The notes beneath the pieces are model-generated. The model worked only from the letters and a program-made list of their open reading frames with translations. It was not told where the DNA came from and made no database searches. Of a stretch of DNA of 24,000 nt, positions 1 to 9,988 are shown in pieces. The stretch's first letter is position 1, and every line of letters starts with the position of its first letter. The stretch covers positions 175,539 through 199,538 of the forward strand of contig JAJTBO010000004.1 of assembly GCA_021286855.1 (NCBI GenBank), given 5' to 3'. The position numbers and the translations under genes are program-made. Source of the DNA: Hyphomicrobiales bacterium. GTDB lineage: Bacteria > Pseudomonadota > Alphaproteobacteria > Rhizobiales > Ancalomicrobiaceae.

Positions 1-108
1 CATTCGCCGCATCGCGAAGCGCGCGACGCGACGGTCGCGGCGATCGTCCGCTTCTTCACCGCCTTTCCCGAACTCTCCGTTTCTCAGACCCTCGAGGTTT
101 CCCCATGA
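1..108 (+). CDS. 3' end of an upstream gene (C-terminal ~35 codons, product unknown), cut by the window start
   Basis: The frame stays open from nt 1 to TGA at 106-108 (...IAKRDATVAAIVRFFTAFPELSVSQTLEVSP*). Third positions are mostly G/C. The stop overlaps the boxD ATG (105-107) in an ATGA arrangement typical of translational coupling. It is too short to appear on the ORF track. Confidence 0.4.
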   Translation, partial: HSPHREARDATVAAIVRFFTAFPELSVSQTLEVSP

Positions 109-1673
109 TCCGCCTTCAGAGCCACGTCTGCGGCCGTTTCGTCGACGGCGTCGCCGCCGGACGCTCCTTCGTCGACCCGGTGACCGGGGAGACGCTGGGA
201 ATGATCGATTCGACCGGCGTCGACTGCGCCGGAGCGCTCGACCATGCCCGTCGGGTCGGCGGGGCGGCGCTCGCCGCCCTGAGCTTCGCCGAGCGCGGCG
301 CGCTGCTCGGCCGGATCGCCGAGATGCTCTCGGCGAGCCGCGACACGTGGCTCGACATCGCCCGGCGCAACTCCGGCAACACGGCGCGCGACGCCTCGAT
401 CGACGTCGACGGCGGCCTCGCCACGCTCAAATACTACGCCCGTCTCGCCGAGAAGCTCGGCGCGGCGAAGCGCCTGATCGAGCCGGGCTCGGACCGGCTC
501 GCCAAGGGGCCGTTCGAGGCGCGGCACGTCTGGTCGACCCGGCCGGGCGCGGCGATCCTGATCAACGCCTTCAATTTCCCGGCCTGGGGCCTGTGGGAAA
601 AGGTGGCGGTGGCGCTCGTCGCCGGCATGCCCGTCGTCGCCAAACCGGCGTCGGGCACCGCCTGGCTCGCCGAGGCGATGGTGCGGGCGGTGGTCGAGGC
701 CGGCGTCCTGCCGGACGGCGCGCTGTCGCTGATCTGTGGTTCGGCCGAGGGGCTCCTCGACGCGGTCGAGCCGTTCGACTGCATCGCCTTCACCGGTTCG
801 GCCGACACGGGACGGATGATCCGTTCGCATCCGGCGGTGCTCGCCGCCAATCCGCGGCTCGGCATCGAGGCTGACAGCGTCAACGTCGCGCTGCTCGCCC
901 CCTCGGCGACGGCGGAGGCGCAGGCCTTCGAGCGGCTCCTCGAGCAGGCGCTCGCCGCGGTGTCGGTCAAAGCCGGGCAACTGTGCACCAACATCCGCCG
1001 GATCCTGGTTCCGAGCGCGATGAAGGACGCCTTCGTCGAGGCGTTGGCGTCGCGGATCGACGGGCTGGTGGTCGGCGATCCGGCGCTGCCGGAGGTGACG
1101 GTCGGGCCGCTCGTCGACGAGAAGCAGTTGCGCGCCGCCTTCGCCGGGCTCGCGGCGCTGGCGAGCGAGACGCGGACGGCGCGCGGCGGCGGTCTGCCGA
1201 AGACCGTCGTCGGGGCCGATCCGGCCAAGGGCGCCTTCCTCGCGCCGACCCTGCTCGTCGCCGACACCGGCGCGACGCTTTCCGCCGTGCACGACGTCGA
1301 GGTGTTCGGGCCGGTCGTCACGGTGATCCCCTATCGCGATCTCGACGAGGCGATCGGGCTCGCCGCACGCGGCGAAGGCTCGCTCGCGGCGTCCGTCTAC
1401 GGCGACGACGCCGAGGAAGCGGGCGCGATCGCGGCGAGGCTCGCGCCCTACCACGGCCGGGTGCTCACGGTCGACGTCGAGGTCGGCCGCAGCCACACCG
1501 GCCACGCCATCGTCATGCCGCAGTGCGTCCACGGCGGGCCCGGCCGGGCCGGCGGCGGCGAAGAACTGGGCGGCCTCCGAGGCTTGCGCTTCTTCATGCA
1601 GCGCACGGCGATCCAGGGCTCGCCGACGATGCTGGCGGCGCTCGCCGCCGACGCGGTGGACGCGACCCTCTGA
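105..1673 (+). CDS. boxD: NAD(P)+-dependent aldehyde dehydrogenase of the PaaZ-N/BoxD type; by context 3,4-dehydroadipyl-CoA semialdehyde dehydrogenase
   Basis: 522-aa ORF. The N-terminus MIRLQSHVCGRFVDG resembles PaaZ/BoxD starts. ALDH features are present: FNFPAWG, FTGS, catalytic-Cys context KAGQLCTNIRR, and EVFGPV. It lies directly upstream of boxCBA. The enzyme family is read from the sequence; the specific substrate is inferred from context. Confidence 0.8.
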   Translation: MIRLQSHVCGRFVDGVAAGRSFVDPVTGETLGMIDSTGVDCAGALDHARRVGGAALAALSFAERGALLGRIAEMLSASRDTWLDIARRNSGNTARDASIDVDGGLATLKYYARLAEKLGAAKRLIEPGSDRLAKGPFEARHVWSTRPGAAILINAFNFPAWGLWEKVAVALVAGMPVVAKPASGTAWLAEAMVRAVVEAGVLPDGALSLICGSAEGLLDAVEPFDCIAFTGSADTGRMIRSHPAVLAANPRLGIEADSVNVALLAPSATAEAQAFERLLEQALAAVSVKAGQLCTNIRRILVPSAMKDAFVEALASRIDGLVVGDPALPEVTVGPLVDEKQLRAAFAGLAALASETRTARGGGLPKTVVGADPAKGAFLAPTLLVADTGATLSAVHDVEVFGPVVTVIPYRDLDEAIGLAARGEGSLAASVYGDDAEEAGAIAARLAPYHGRVLTVDVEVGRSHTGHAIVMPQCVHGGPGRAGGGEELGGLRGLRFFMQRTAIQGSPTMLAALAADAVDATL

Positions 1674-1680
1674 GTCGCGG

Positions 1681-1696
1681 CGCGCCCGAGGGCGCG
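1681..1696 (+). terminator. Weak GC hairpin after boxD (CGCGCC-cgag-GGCGCG) followed by TT only
   Basis: 6-bp stem with a 4-nt loop, 8 nt after the boxD stop. There is no real U-tract, so any termination is probably partial. Confidence 0.2.
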
Positions 1697-1764
1697 TTCG
1701 CCGAGGCGGGGAGAGTCACGCGCGCGATCATGAAAAAAAATGCATGATTTGGTGCCGGACACTC

Positions 1765-1792
1765 TAGACAGTCTCGAATTTGGAAATATAGT
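1765..1792 (+). promoter_or_regulatory. Candidate sigma70-type promoter for boxC-boxB-boxA: -35 TAGACA (1765-1770), 16-bp spacer, -10 TATAGT (1787-1792)
   Basis: It sits in the only AT-rich stretch of the boxD-boxC spacer. The -35 matches TTGACA at 5/6 and the -10 matches TATAAT at 5/6. The -10 ends 34 nt before the boxC ATG, and GAGGGCGGA serves as the RBS. The imperfect palindrome TCTAGAC-a-GTCTCGA (1763-1777) overlaps the -35. Confidence 0.4.
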
Positions 1793-1826
1793 TCATATCA
1801 ACCAAGACACATTCGAGGGCGGAACC

Positions 1827-3512
1827 ATGGCCGACGAGGCTCGCAAATTGGCGCACGGCGCGACGCGCATCGACTTCCAGACCGATCCTTCCCGCTATCG
1901 CCACTGGAAGCTCTCGTTCGACGGGCCGGTCGCGACGCTGGCGATGGACGTCGACGAGAACGGGGGGCTCTTCGAGGGCTATCTCCTCAAGCTCAATTCC
2001 TACGACCTCGGCGTCGACATCGAGCTCGCCGACGCGCTGCAGCGACTGCGCTTCGAGCATCCGGAGGTCAAGGTCGTGCTGATGCGGTCGGCCAAGCCGC
2101 GCGTGTTCTGCGCCGGTGCCAACATCCGCATGCTCGCCGGCTCGGAACACGCCCACAAGGTCAACTTCTGCAAGTTCACCAACGAGACCCGCAACGGCAT
2201 CGAGGACAGCTCGGAATTCTCCGGGCTGAAGACGATCTGCGTGGCGAACGGGTCGACCGCCGGCGGCGGCTACGAGCTGGCCTTGGCCTGCGACCACATC
2301 ATGCTGGTCGACGACGGCTCTTCGGCCGTGTCGCTGCCGGAAGTGCCGCTGCTGGCGGTGCTGCCGGGCACCGGCGGGCTGACCCGCGTCGTCGACAAGC
2401 GCAAGGTGCGCCGCGACCACGCCGACGTCTTCTGCACCATCGAAGAGGGCATCAAGGGCAAGCGCGCCGTCGATTGGCGCCTCGTCGACGAGATCGTGCC
2501 GCTCTCCCGCCTCGACGAGACGGTGGCCGAGCGCGCCGGCGAATTCGCCGCCGCCTCGAACCGTGGTTCGGGCAAGGGCGTCACGCTGAAGCCGCTCGAC
2601 CGGACCTTCCGCGCCGACGGCGTCGACTATTCGCTGGTCGCCGTCGACATCGATCGGGACGGCCGGGTCGCGACGATCACGCTGGAAGGCCCGAGCGATC
2701 TGCCGCCGGCCGACGCCGCCGGGCTCGCCGCGCAGGGCTCCGACGCCTGGATCTTGAAGCTCGCCCGCGAACTCGACGACGCCATCCTCGATCTCCGGAA
2801 CAACGCCTACGAGATCGGCACCTTCGTCTTCAAGTCGAAGGGCGACGGGGCGAAGGTCGCGGCGTGGGACGCCTTCCTGGAGGCGAACGCCGGCGATTGG
2901 CTGGCGAACGAGATCCGCCAATATTGGAAGCGGGTGCTGAAGCGGGTCGACGTGACCTCGCGGACGCTGGTCACGCTGGTCGAGCCGGGCTCCTGCTTCA
3001 CCGGGCTGCTCGCCGAGCTCGTGCTCGCCGCCGACCGGTCCTACATGCTGAGCGGCACGTTCGAGGGCGACAATCGCCCCGCGCCGACGATGGCGCTCAC
3101 CTCGGCGAACTTCGGCCCCTATCCGATGAGCCATGGGCTGACCCGGCTCGCCAACCGCTTCCTCGCCACGCCGGAGACGGTCTCGACGCTCGAGGCGCGG
3201 AAGGGCGAGGCGATGGACGCCAAGGCGGCGGAAGCCGCCGGCCTCGTCACCTTCTCTCTCGACGACATCGACTGGGCCGACGAGGTCCGCGTCTATCTCG
3301 AGGAGCGCGCCTCCTATTCGCCGGACGCGCTGACCGGGCTCGAGGCCAACCTGCGCTTCGCCGGTCCCGAGACGATGGAATCGAAGATCTTCGCCCGCCT
3401 CACCGCTTGGCAGAACTGGATCTTCCAGCGCCCCAACGCGGTCGGCGAGGAGGGCGCGCTGCGCCGCTACGGCACGGGTCTGCGCCCGCAGTACGACATG
3501 CGGCGCGTCTGA
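1827..3512 (+). CDS. boxC: Benzoyl-CoA-dihydrodiol lyase (2,3-epoxybenzoyl-CoA dihydrolase), a crotonase-superfamily two-domain enzyme
   Basis: 561 aa from the internal ATG at 1827 (MADEARKLAHGATRIDFQTDPSRYRHWKLSFDGPVATLAMDV...), with RBS GAGGGCGGA. Crotonase motifs are FCAGANIRML and GGGYELALACD. Size and N-terminus are typical of BoxC. The 29 codons upstream on the ORF track run through the AT-rich promoter region and are not coding. Confidence 0.93.
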   Translation: MADEARKLAHGATRIDFQTDPSRYRHWKLSFDGPVATLAMDVDENGGLFEGYLLKLNSYDLGVDIELADALQRLRFEHPEVKVVLMRSAKPRVFCAGANIRMLAGSEHAHKVNFCKFTNETRNGIEDSSEFSGLKTICVANGSTAGGGYELALACDHIMLVDDGSSAVSLPEVPLLAVLPGTGGLTRVVDKRKVRRDHADVFCTIEEGIKGKRAVDWRLVDEIVPLSRLDETVAERAGEFAAASNRGSGKGVTLKPLDRTFRADGVDYSLVAVDIDRDGRVATITLEGPSDLPPADAAGLAAQGSDAWILKLARELDDAILDLRNNAYEIGTFVFKSKGDGAKVAAWDAFLEANAGDWLANEIRQYWKRVLKRVDVTSRTLVTLVEPGSCFTGLLAELVLAADRSYMLSGTFEGDNRPAPTMALTSANFGPYPMSHGLTRLANRFLATPETVSTLEARKGEAMDAKAAEAAGLVTFSLDDIDWADEVRVYLEERASYSPDALTGLEANLRFAGPETMESKIFARLTAWQNWIFQRPNAVGEEGALRRYGTGLRPQYDMRRV

Positions 3513-3613
3513 CGCCGCCCCATCCGACGTCCCCCGCCCGGCCCGACCGGGCGGCGCACTCTCGAAGAAAACGCACGAACGCCGGGGGTCCCATCCCCCC
3601 GAGGGAGGACATC

Positions 3614-5062
<1,449 letters not shown>

Positions 5063-5095
5063 GGGAATAGGGACGGCGGTCGCGCCGCGCCTTTG

Positions 5096-5135
5096 CCCCC
5101 CCTCCCTGTCCCTCCCCCTCGAGGGGGGAGGGGAC
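5096..5135. repeat. Left copy of a 40-bp G/C-tract inverted repeat (REP/MITE-terminus-like) with an internal palindrome around TCGA
   Basis: Sequence is ccccccctccctgtccctccccctcgaggggggaggggac. Its reverse complement matches 5271..5310 at 38/40 positions. The internal near-palindrome is CCCTCCCCC-TCGA-GGGGGGAGGG. Confidence 0.85.
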
Positions 5136-5270
5136 GGAGCGGCAACGCCCGTATGCCTCCCGACGCGGGTTCCGCGTCCACGGCGAGAGGGAACGGCGCG
5201 GCGACGTTCGTCCTCGAATGAGATCTCTCTCCCGGCACGATCGCCGATGTTCGACGGCCACCACTCCATC

Positions 5271-5310
5271 GCCCCCTCCCCCCTCGAGGGGGAGGGATAG
5301 GGAGGGGGGG
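5271..5310. repeat. Right copy (inverted) of the 40-bp G/C-tract repeat
   Basis: Sequence is gccccctcccccctcgagggggagggatagggaggggggg, 38/40 identical to the reverse complement of 5096..5135. It is separated from the left copy by 135 bp that contain a 7-bp-stem hairpin (5162..5178, GACGCGG-gtt-CCGCGTC). Confidence 0.85.
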
Positions 5311-5364
5311 GATCACCGTCGCCGTCGACGAGAAATCGCCCGCAGTCATCTCCGGAGCCAGCCC

Positions 5365-6558
5365 ATGAACGCCCCGACCACCGTCCTGAAGCAGCATCTG
5401 ATCGATCCGGAGATCTGCATCCGCTGCAACACCTGCGAAGAGATGTGCCCGGTCGACGCCATCACCCACGGCGACGACAACTACGTCGTCGACGTCGCGA
5501 CCTGCAATTTCTGCATGGCCTGCATCGCCCCCTGTCCGACCGGCGCGATCGACAACTGGCGGATGGTGACGAGCCCCTGGTCGCTCGACGAGCAGCATTC
5601 CTGGTCGGAACTGCCCGCCCAACCCGACCTCGGCGAGGCCGGCGCGGCGCTGGAGGCGATCGACGACGAAGTCGATGCGATCATCGCTTCGGCGCACGGC
5701 GGGGCGGGCGGCAAGTCGGTGGCGCCGAAGTCGGCGTCGAAGCCGGCGATCAATCTCTTCAACCGCGCCAAACCGGCGGTCGCGACCGTCACCGGCATCT
5801 ATCGGCTGACCGCCGACGACGCCTCGACCGACATCCGCCACGTCATTCTCGACTTCGGCGACACGCCGTTTCCCGTCCTCGAAGGCCAATCGATCGGCAT
5901 CGTGCCGCCGGGCGTCGACGCCGAGGGCGCTCCGCATCGGGTGCGGCTCTATTCCGTCGCCTCTCCCCGCCACGGCGAACGGCCGAACCACAACAATCTG
6001 TCGCTGACGGTGAAGCGGGTCGAGGGCGGCGTCTGCTCCAACTGGGTCTGCGATCTGAAGAAGGGCGACAAGGTCACCGTCACCGGCCCGTTCGGCGCGA
6101 CCTTCCTGATGCCCGACGATTCGAACGCCAACATCGTCATGGTGTGCACCGGCACCGGCTCGGCCCCGTTCCGGGGCATGACCGAATGGCGGCGACGGAC
6201 GCAGCCGAACGCGCCGGGCAAGATGGTGCTGTTCTTCGGAGCGCGGCGGCCGGAGGAGCTGCCCTATTTCGGACCCTTGCAGAAGGTGCCGGCGAGCCTG
6301 CTCGCCAAGTTCTTCGCCTGGAGCCGGGTGCCGGGCGAGCCCAAGGTCTACGTCCAGGACCTGATGCGGCGCGAGGCCGGGCTGATGGCCGATCTGCTGA
6401 GATCGGGAAAGACCCATCTCTATCTCTGCGGCCTCAAGGGCATGGAGACCGGGGTCGACGAAGCGCTCGCCGACGTCTGTCGCGGCGCCGGGCTCGATTG
6501 GGAGGGCTTGCGCCGGACGATGCGCGAGGAAGGCCGCTACCACGTCGAGACCTATTGA
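5365..6558 (+). CDS. boxA: Benzoyl-CoA oxygenase component A (NADPH-dependent reductase: 2x[4Fe-4S] ferredoxin domain fused to an FNR-like FAD/NADPH domain)
   Basis: 397 aa from ATG 5365 ([29 protein letters not shown]...). Two CxxCxxCxxxCP clusters are present: [12 protein letters not shown] and [15 protein letters not shown] motifs are RLYSVAS and [11 protein letters not shown]. The ORF-track start at 5218 runs through the repeat element and is spurious. Confidence 0.95.
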   Translation: MNAPTTVLKQHLIDPEICIRCNTCEEMCPVDAITHGDDNYVVDVATCNFCMACIAPCPTGAIDNWRMVTSPWSLDEQHSWSELPAQPDLGEAGAALEAIDDEVDAIIASAHGGAGGKSVAPKSASKPAINLFNRAKPAVATVTGIYRLTADDASTDIRHVILDFGDTPFPVLEGQSIGIVPPGVDAEGAPHRVRLYSVASPRHGERPNHNNLSLTVKRVEGGVCSNWVCDLKKGDKVTVTGPFGATFLMPDDSNANIVMVCTGTGSAPFRGMTEWRRRTQPNAPGKMVLFFGARRPEELPYFGPLQKVPASLLAKFFAWSRVPGEPKVYVQDLMRREAGLMADLLRSGKTHLYLCGLKGMETGVDEALADVCRGAGLDWEGLRRTMREEGRYHVETY

Positions 6559-6596
6559 GCGATCCTCGCGGGAAACGACGCCTTCGGGAGGATGCG

Positions 6597-7622
6597 ATGG
6601 ACGCGCGCAGACTGGAACTGACCTCCTTCGGCCTCGACGGCCTCGCCCTCGTCACCCGGGCGATCGGCGAACCGGGCGCGGGCGAGGTGCGGCTCCGGCT
6701 CGAGGCGGCGAGCCTCAATCGGCGGGATCTCCTGCTGGTCGAAGGCGTCTACAATCCGAAACAGGCGCTTCCCGTGGTGCCCTGCTCCGACGGGGCCGGC
6801 GTGGTCGAGGCGGTCGGGCCCGGCGTGACCCGCGTCGCAGTCGGCGACCGGGTGGCGTTGCACTTCTTCACCGGCTGGATCTCGGGCGAGCCGACCAGCG
6901 ACAAGCTCGCCACCGCGCTCGGCGGTCCGGGCGGCGACGGCACGCTCACGACGCGGATGATCGTCTCGGCCGAAGCGGTCGTGAAGCTGCCCGAGGCGAT
7001 CGACGTCGCGACCGCGGCGACCCTGCCCTGCGCGGCGCTGACCGCCTGGTCGGCGATCGTCGAGCTCGGCCGGGTGAAGCCCGGCGACACGGTGCTGATC
7101 CAGGGCACCGGCGGCGTGTCGCTGTTCGCCCTGCAGTTCGCGGTCCAGGCCGGCGCGAAGGCGATCGGGCTGACCTCGTCGGAGGAGCGGGCGGCGGCGA
7201 TGCGCCGGCTCGGAGCCTCCGCGGTCGTGAACTACCGCGAGACGCCGAAATGGGCGAACGCGGTGCGCGACCTCGCCGACGGGCGGCTCGATCTCGTCGT
7301 CGATGTCGGCGGGGCGGAGACGCTCGACCAGTCGGTGCGCTGCGTCCGGCCGGGCGGCACGGTGGCGCTGATCGGCGTGCTCTCCGGCAACTTCGCCACC
7401 TTCAATCTGTCGCTCTCGGTGATGCGGCAAGTGCGGCTGCAAGGCGTGACCTGCGGCGACCGCGAAGCCTTCGAGGCGATGCTGCGGGCGATCGCGGTGC
7501 GGCCGATCGATCCGGTGATCGACCGCCGGTTCCCGCTCGACGACGCCCGCGCCGCCTTCGAGCGGATGAAGGCCAACGCCCACGTCGGCAAGATCCTGAT
7601 CGACCTTTCGGAGACGACATGA
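6597..7622 (+). CDS. Medium-chain dehydrogenase/reductase (zinc-type alcohol dehydrogenase / quinone oxidoreductase-like), NAD(P)-dependent
   Basis: 341 aa from ATG 6597, with RBS GGGAGG 5 nt upstream. MDR features are GEVRLRLEAASLNRRD, VVPCSDGAGVVEAVGPGV, and the Rossmann motif GTGGVSLFALQFA. It starts 38 nt after boxA, and its stop overlaps the next start (ATGA at 7619-7622). Confidence 0.85.
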   Translation: MDARRLELTSFGLDGLALVTRAIGEPGAGEVRLRLEAASLNRRDLLLVEGVYNPKQALPVVPCSDGAGVVEAVGPGVTRVAVGDRVALHFFTGWISGEPTSDKLATALGGPGGDGTLTTRMIVSAEAVVKLPEAIDVATAATLPCAALTAWSAIVELGRVKPGDTVLIQGTGGVSLFALQFAVQAGAKAIGLTSSEERAAAMRRLGASAVVNYRETPKWANAVRDLADGRLDLVVDVGGAETLDQSVRCVRPGGTVALIGVLSGNFATFNLSLSVMRQVRLQGVTCGDREAFEAMLRAIAVRPIDPVIDRRFPLDDARAAFERMKANAHVGKILIDLSETT

Positions 7623-8407
7623 GCGACGCGCCCCTGGTCCTCGTCGAGATCCGCGACGGCTGGCGTCTCGTCCGGCTGAACCGGCCGGAGAAGCTCAACG
7701 CCTTCACCGAGGATCTGCATCGGGCGCTGATGGCGGCGCTGATCGACGCCGAAGCCGATCCCGACTGCCGGGCGCTGCTGCTGACCGGGTCGGGCCGCGC
7801 CTTTTCTTCCGGACAGGATCTCGGCGATCGGATCCGGGCGATCGCGGCGGGGCCGCTCGACCTCGGCCGGTCGCTCGAGACCTTCTGGGAACCGCTGATC
7901 GCCAAGATCCGCGCCCTGCCCTTTCCGGTCGTCGCGGCGATCGGCGGCATCGCCTCCGGCGCCGGGCTCAACGTGGCGCTCCACGCCGATCTGGTGATCG
8001 CCGCGAAGGGGGCGAAGCTCACCGAACCCTTCGCGCGGATCGGGCTCGTCCCCGACGCCGGCGGCACCTGGCTGTTGCCGCGCCTCGTCGGCCGGGCCAA
8101 GGCGAACGCGCTGGTCTACCTCGCCGAGACGATCTCGGGGGAAGAGGCGGAGCGGATCGGGCTGGTCGCCGAGGCGGTCGAGGACGAGCACCTGATGGCG
8201 CGGGCGGAGGCGATCTGCGCGCGGCTGGCGGCGGGTCCACGCGCGACGCTCGCCCGGATCAAACGGGCGATGCAGGCGTCCGAGGCCAACGATCTCTCGG
8301 CCCAACTCGCGGTCGAGCGCGAATTGCAGCAGATCTCGGGTCGTCACGCCGATTATGCCGAGGGGCTCGCCGCCTTCGCCGAGAAGCGGCCGCCGCGATT
8401 TTCCTGA
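7619..8407 (+). CDS. PaaG-like enoyl-CoA isomerase/hydratase (crotonase family)
   Basis: 262 aa from ATG 7619. LVRLNRPEKLNAF and LLLTGSGRAFSSGQDLGDR closely parallel what I recall of the E. coli PaaG N-terminal region (LNRPERLNSF...LLLTGAGRGFCAGQDLNDR), and the length is the same. GIASGAGLNVAL is the oxyanion-hole region. Confidence 0.88.
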   Translation: MSDAPLVLVEIRDGWRLVRLNRPEKLNAFTEDLHRALMAALIDAEADPDCRALLLTGSGRAFSSGQDLGDRIRAIAAGPLDLGRSLETFWEPLIAKIRALPFPVVAAIGGIASGAGLNVALHADLVIAAKGAKLTEPFARIGLVPDAGGTWLLPRLVGRAKANALVYLAETISGEEAERIGLVAEAVEDEHLMARAEAICARLAAGPRATLARIKRAMQASEANDLSAQLAVERELQQISGRHADYAEGLAAFAEKRPPRFS

Positions 8408-8421
8408 CGAGGGCGCGGCGC

Positions 8422-8904
8422 TCAGCGCGGCGCGAAGGGCCTGAGCGGCGCGCGCGAGAGCTCGTTGCCGGCCGCCGCCGCCTTGGCGAGCAGGCGCACG
8501 AAGACCGCCTTCTCCTCGTCGTCGAGCCCGGTCAGGATGAGATCCTGAAGGCGTCCGACGAGGGGATCGAGCTCGGCGAGCGCCGCCGCGCCGGCCGGCG
8601 TCAGGGTCAGGCGACGGACGCGCCGATCCTCCGGCGACCCGGCGCGCAGGATCAGCCCCTTCTCCTCGAGCCGGGCGACGACGCCGCCGATGGTGGTGCG
8701 GTCATAGGCGATGGCGCCGGCGAGCGCGGCCTGATCGATGCCCGGATATTTCTGCACGGCCTTCAGCGCCGCATATTGCACCGGCGTCAGATCATGACCG
8801 ATCCGGCCGCATTCGTCGTGGAACAACGACACCGCGACCTGATTGAGGCGACGGATCAGGTGGCCGGGCATGGAATAGATGGCGATGTCGTGATCGAGGC
8901 TCAT
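8422..8904 (-). CDS. MarR-family transcriptional regulator
   Basis: 160 aa from ATG (complement of 8902-8904): MSLDHDIAIYSMPGHLIRRLNQVAVSLF...LTPVQYAALKAV...IAYDRTTIGGVVARLEEKGLI...DRRVRRLTLTPAG. This is a winged-HTH MarR signature. It is convergent with the enoyl-CoA isomerase gene and divergent from the FAH gene. Confidence 0.9.
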   Translation of the reverse strand: MSLDHDIAIYSMPGHLIRRLNQVAVSLFHDECGRIGHDLTPVQYAALKAVQKYPGIDQAALAGAIAYDRTTIGGVVARLEEKGLILRAGSPEDRRVRRLTLTPAGAAALAELDPLVGRLQDLILTGLDDEEKAVFVRLLAKAAAAGNELSRAPLRPFAPR

Positions 8905-9144
8905 GCTGGGCTCGCGGCTCGCTCGGGCCGACGCGGTCGGCGCGAATGGGAGGTCGTCGACGATCATCCCGCCCGAGGCTCGGGTTGCAAGCCGAAACGA
9001 CAGCCGAAAACGACGATGTCGAGGTCGCGCCCCGCCGATCGCGCGCGGACGGCGACGAAGCGGCCTGGACGGGAGGCCGGAGAGGCCTCAGTCTCGGTTC
9101 CCGCCGAACGCCGCACGGCGTCCCACTCGAAGGAACCTGCCCCC

Positions 9145-9849
9145 GTGAGCGATCTCCTGTTCTCCCTTCCGCCCGTCTCGACCGTCGCGGTCGTCGGCTC
9201 CGAGGCCCGCTATCCGGTCAACCGGATCTTCTGCGTCGGGCGCAACTACGCCGACCACGCCAAGGAGATGGGAGTGGAGGTCGATCGCGAGGCGCCCTTC
9301 TACTTCCTCAAACACGCCGGCGCGATCGTGCCCTCGGGCGCGACGATCCCCTATCCGCCGGGCACCTCGAACTTCCATTACGAGATGGAGTTCGTCGTGG
9401 CGATCGGCGCGCCGGCGTGGCACGCGCCGGTCGAGACGGCGATGGACGCCGTCTTCGGCTACGCCTGCGGCCTCGACATGACGCGCCGCGACCTGCAGCT
9501 CGAGGCCCGCGCCAAGCAGCGGCCGTGGGATTTCGGCAAGAACTTCGAGAAGTCGGCGGTGATCGGGCCGATCCTGGCCAAGGCCGCGTTCGGCGCGATC
9601 GGGCCGCAGCGGATCACCCTGGCGGTGAACGGGACGACCCGCCAGGACGCGCATCTCACCGACCTGATCTGGTCGGTCGAGGAGCTCGTCTCGCATCTGT
9701 CGCGCCACTACCACCTCGTCCCCGGCGACCTGATCTACACGGGCACGCCGGCCGGCGTCGGCCCGGTGGTGGCCGGCGACACGATCACCGGTGCGGTCGA
9801 GGGCCTGGCGGAGATCTCGCTCGCCATCGGCGAGCCGGAACCGACCTGA
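9145..9849 (+). CDS. Fumarylacetoacetate hydrolase (FAH) family protein
   Basis: 234 aa from GTG 9145 (VSDLLFSLPPVSTVAVVGSEARYPVNRIFCVGRNYADHAKEMG...), with AAGGAA as RBS 9 nt upstream. FAH-fold motifs are CVGRNYADHAKE, EMEFVVAIG, DLIYTGTPAGVG. The start is chosen by agreement with the usual N-terminus of short FAH proteins; an in-frame ATG at 9016 is possible but less likely. Confidence 0.85.
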   Translation: MSDLLFSLPPVSTVAVVGSEARYPVNRIFCVGRNYADHAKEMGVEVDREAPFYFLKHAGAIVPSGATIPYPPGTSNFHYEMEFVVAIGAPAWHAPVETAMDAVFGYACGLDMTRRDLQLEARAKQRPWDFGKNFEKSAVIGPILAKAAFGAIGPQRITLAVNGTTRQDAHLTDLIWSVEELVSHLSRHYHLVPGDLIYTGTPAGVGPVVAGDTITGAVEGLAEISLAIGEPEPT

Positions 9850-9878
9850 GCGGATTCTCGTGGCCGGAGAAGAACGCG

Positions 9879-9911
9879 CCGGCGCGGTTCGAAATCCTCG
9901 AACCGCGCCGG
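9879..9911. terminator. Strong bidirectional hairpin between convergent genes (GGCGCGGTTCGA-aatcc-TCGAACCGCGCC, extendable to 14 bp)
   Basis: A perfect 12-bp Watson-Crick stem (9881-9892 / 9898-9909) with a 5-nt loop. It lies 30 nt after the FAH stop and 78 nt after the small minus-strand ORF. There is no clean U-tract on the + strand, and only a TTCTTC run on the - strand. Confidence 0.45.
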
Positions 9912-9988
9912 ACGTTCGCCGCGCCATCGCATCGTCCGGGGCAGGGCTCGCGGGGGGACGAGCCGGACGCGAGGCGCGAAAGAAGACG

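Noticed and set aside
62-74. 13-mer CCTTTCCCGAACT shared between the window start (62..74) and the wrbA upstream repeat (15648..15660).
   Set aside because: The first copy lies inside the coding 3' end of the upstream gene. A handful of exact 13-mer coincidences is expected by chance in 24 kb of compositionally biased DNA, and the flanks do not match.
84-1532. 482-aa minus-strand ORF antisense to boxD. The same class includes 1764..3134(-), 3467..5269(-), 4726..6543(-), 6552..7583(-), 7232..8347(-), 10317..11921(-), 11650..13506(-), 13418..15643(-), 19900..21459(-) and 16774..19911(+).
   Set aside because: All are Arg/Gly/Pro/Asp/Glu-rich low-complexity translations lying antisense to genes with clear family signatures. 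In very GC-rich DNA, stop codons are rare in non-coding frames, so long shadow ORFs are expected. None shows a recognisable motif or RBS.
1740-1826. ORF-track N-terminal extensions: boxC from 1740, boxB from 2474, boxA from 5218, MDR from 5445, isomerase from 7250, FAH from 8776, thioesterase from 10470, wrbA from 15469, aas to 19893, MarR to 8967.
   Set aside because: The extensions run through AT-rich or repeat-containing intergenic DNA or overlap the preceding gene. They lack coding-like third-position bias or are Arg-rich. In each case an internal start with a Shine-Dalgarno sequence gives the family-typical N-terminus and length.
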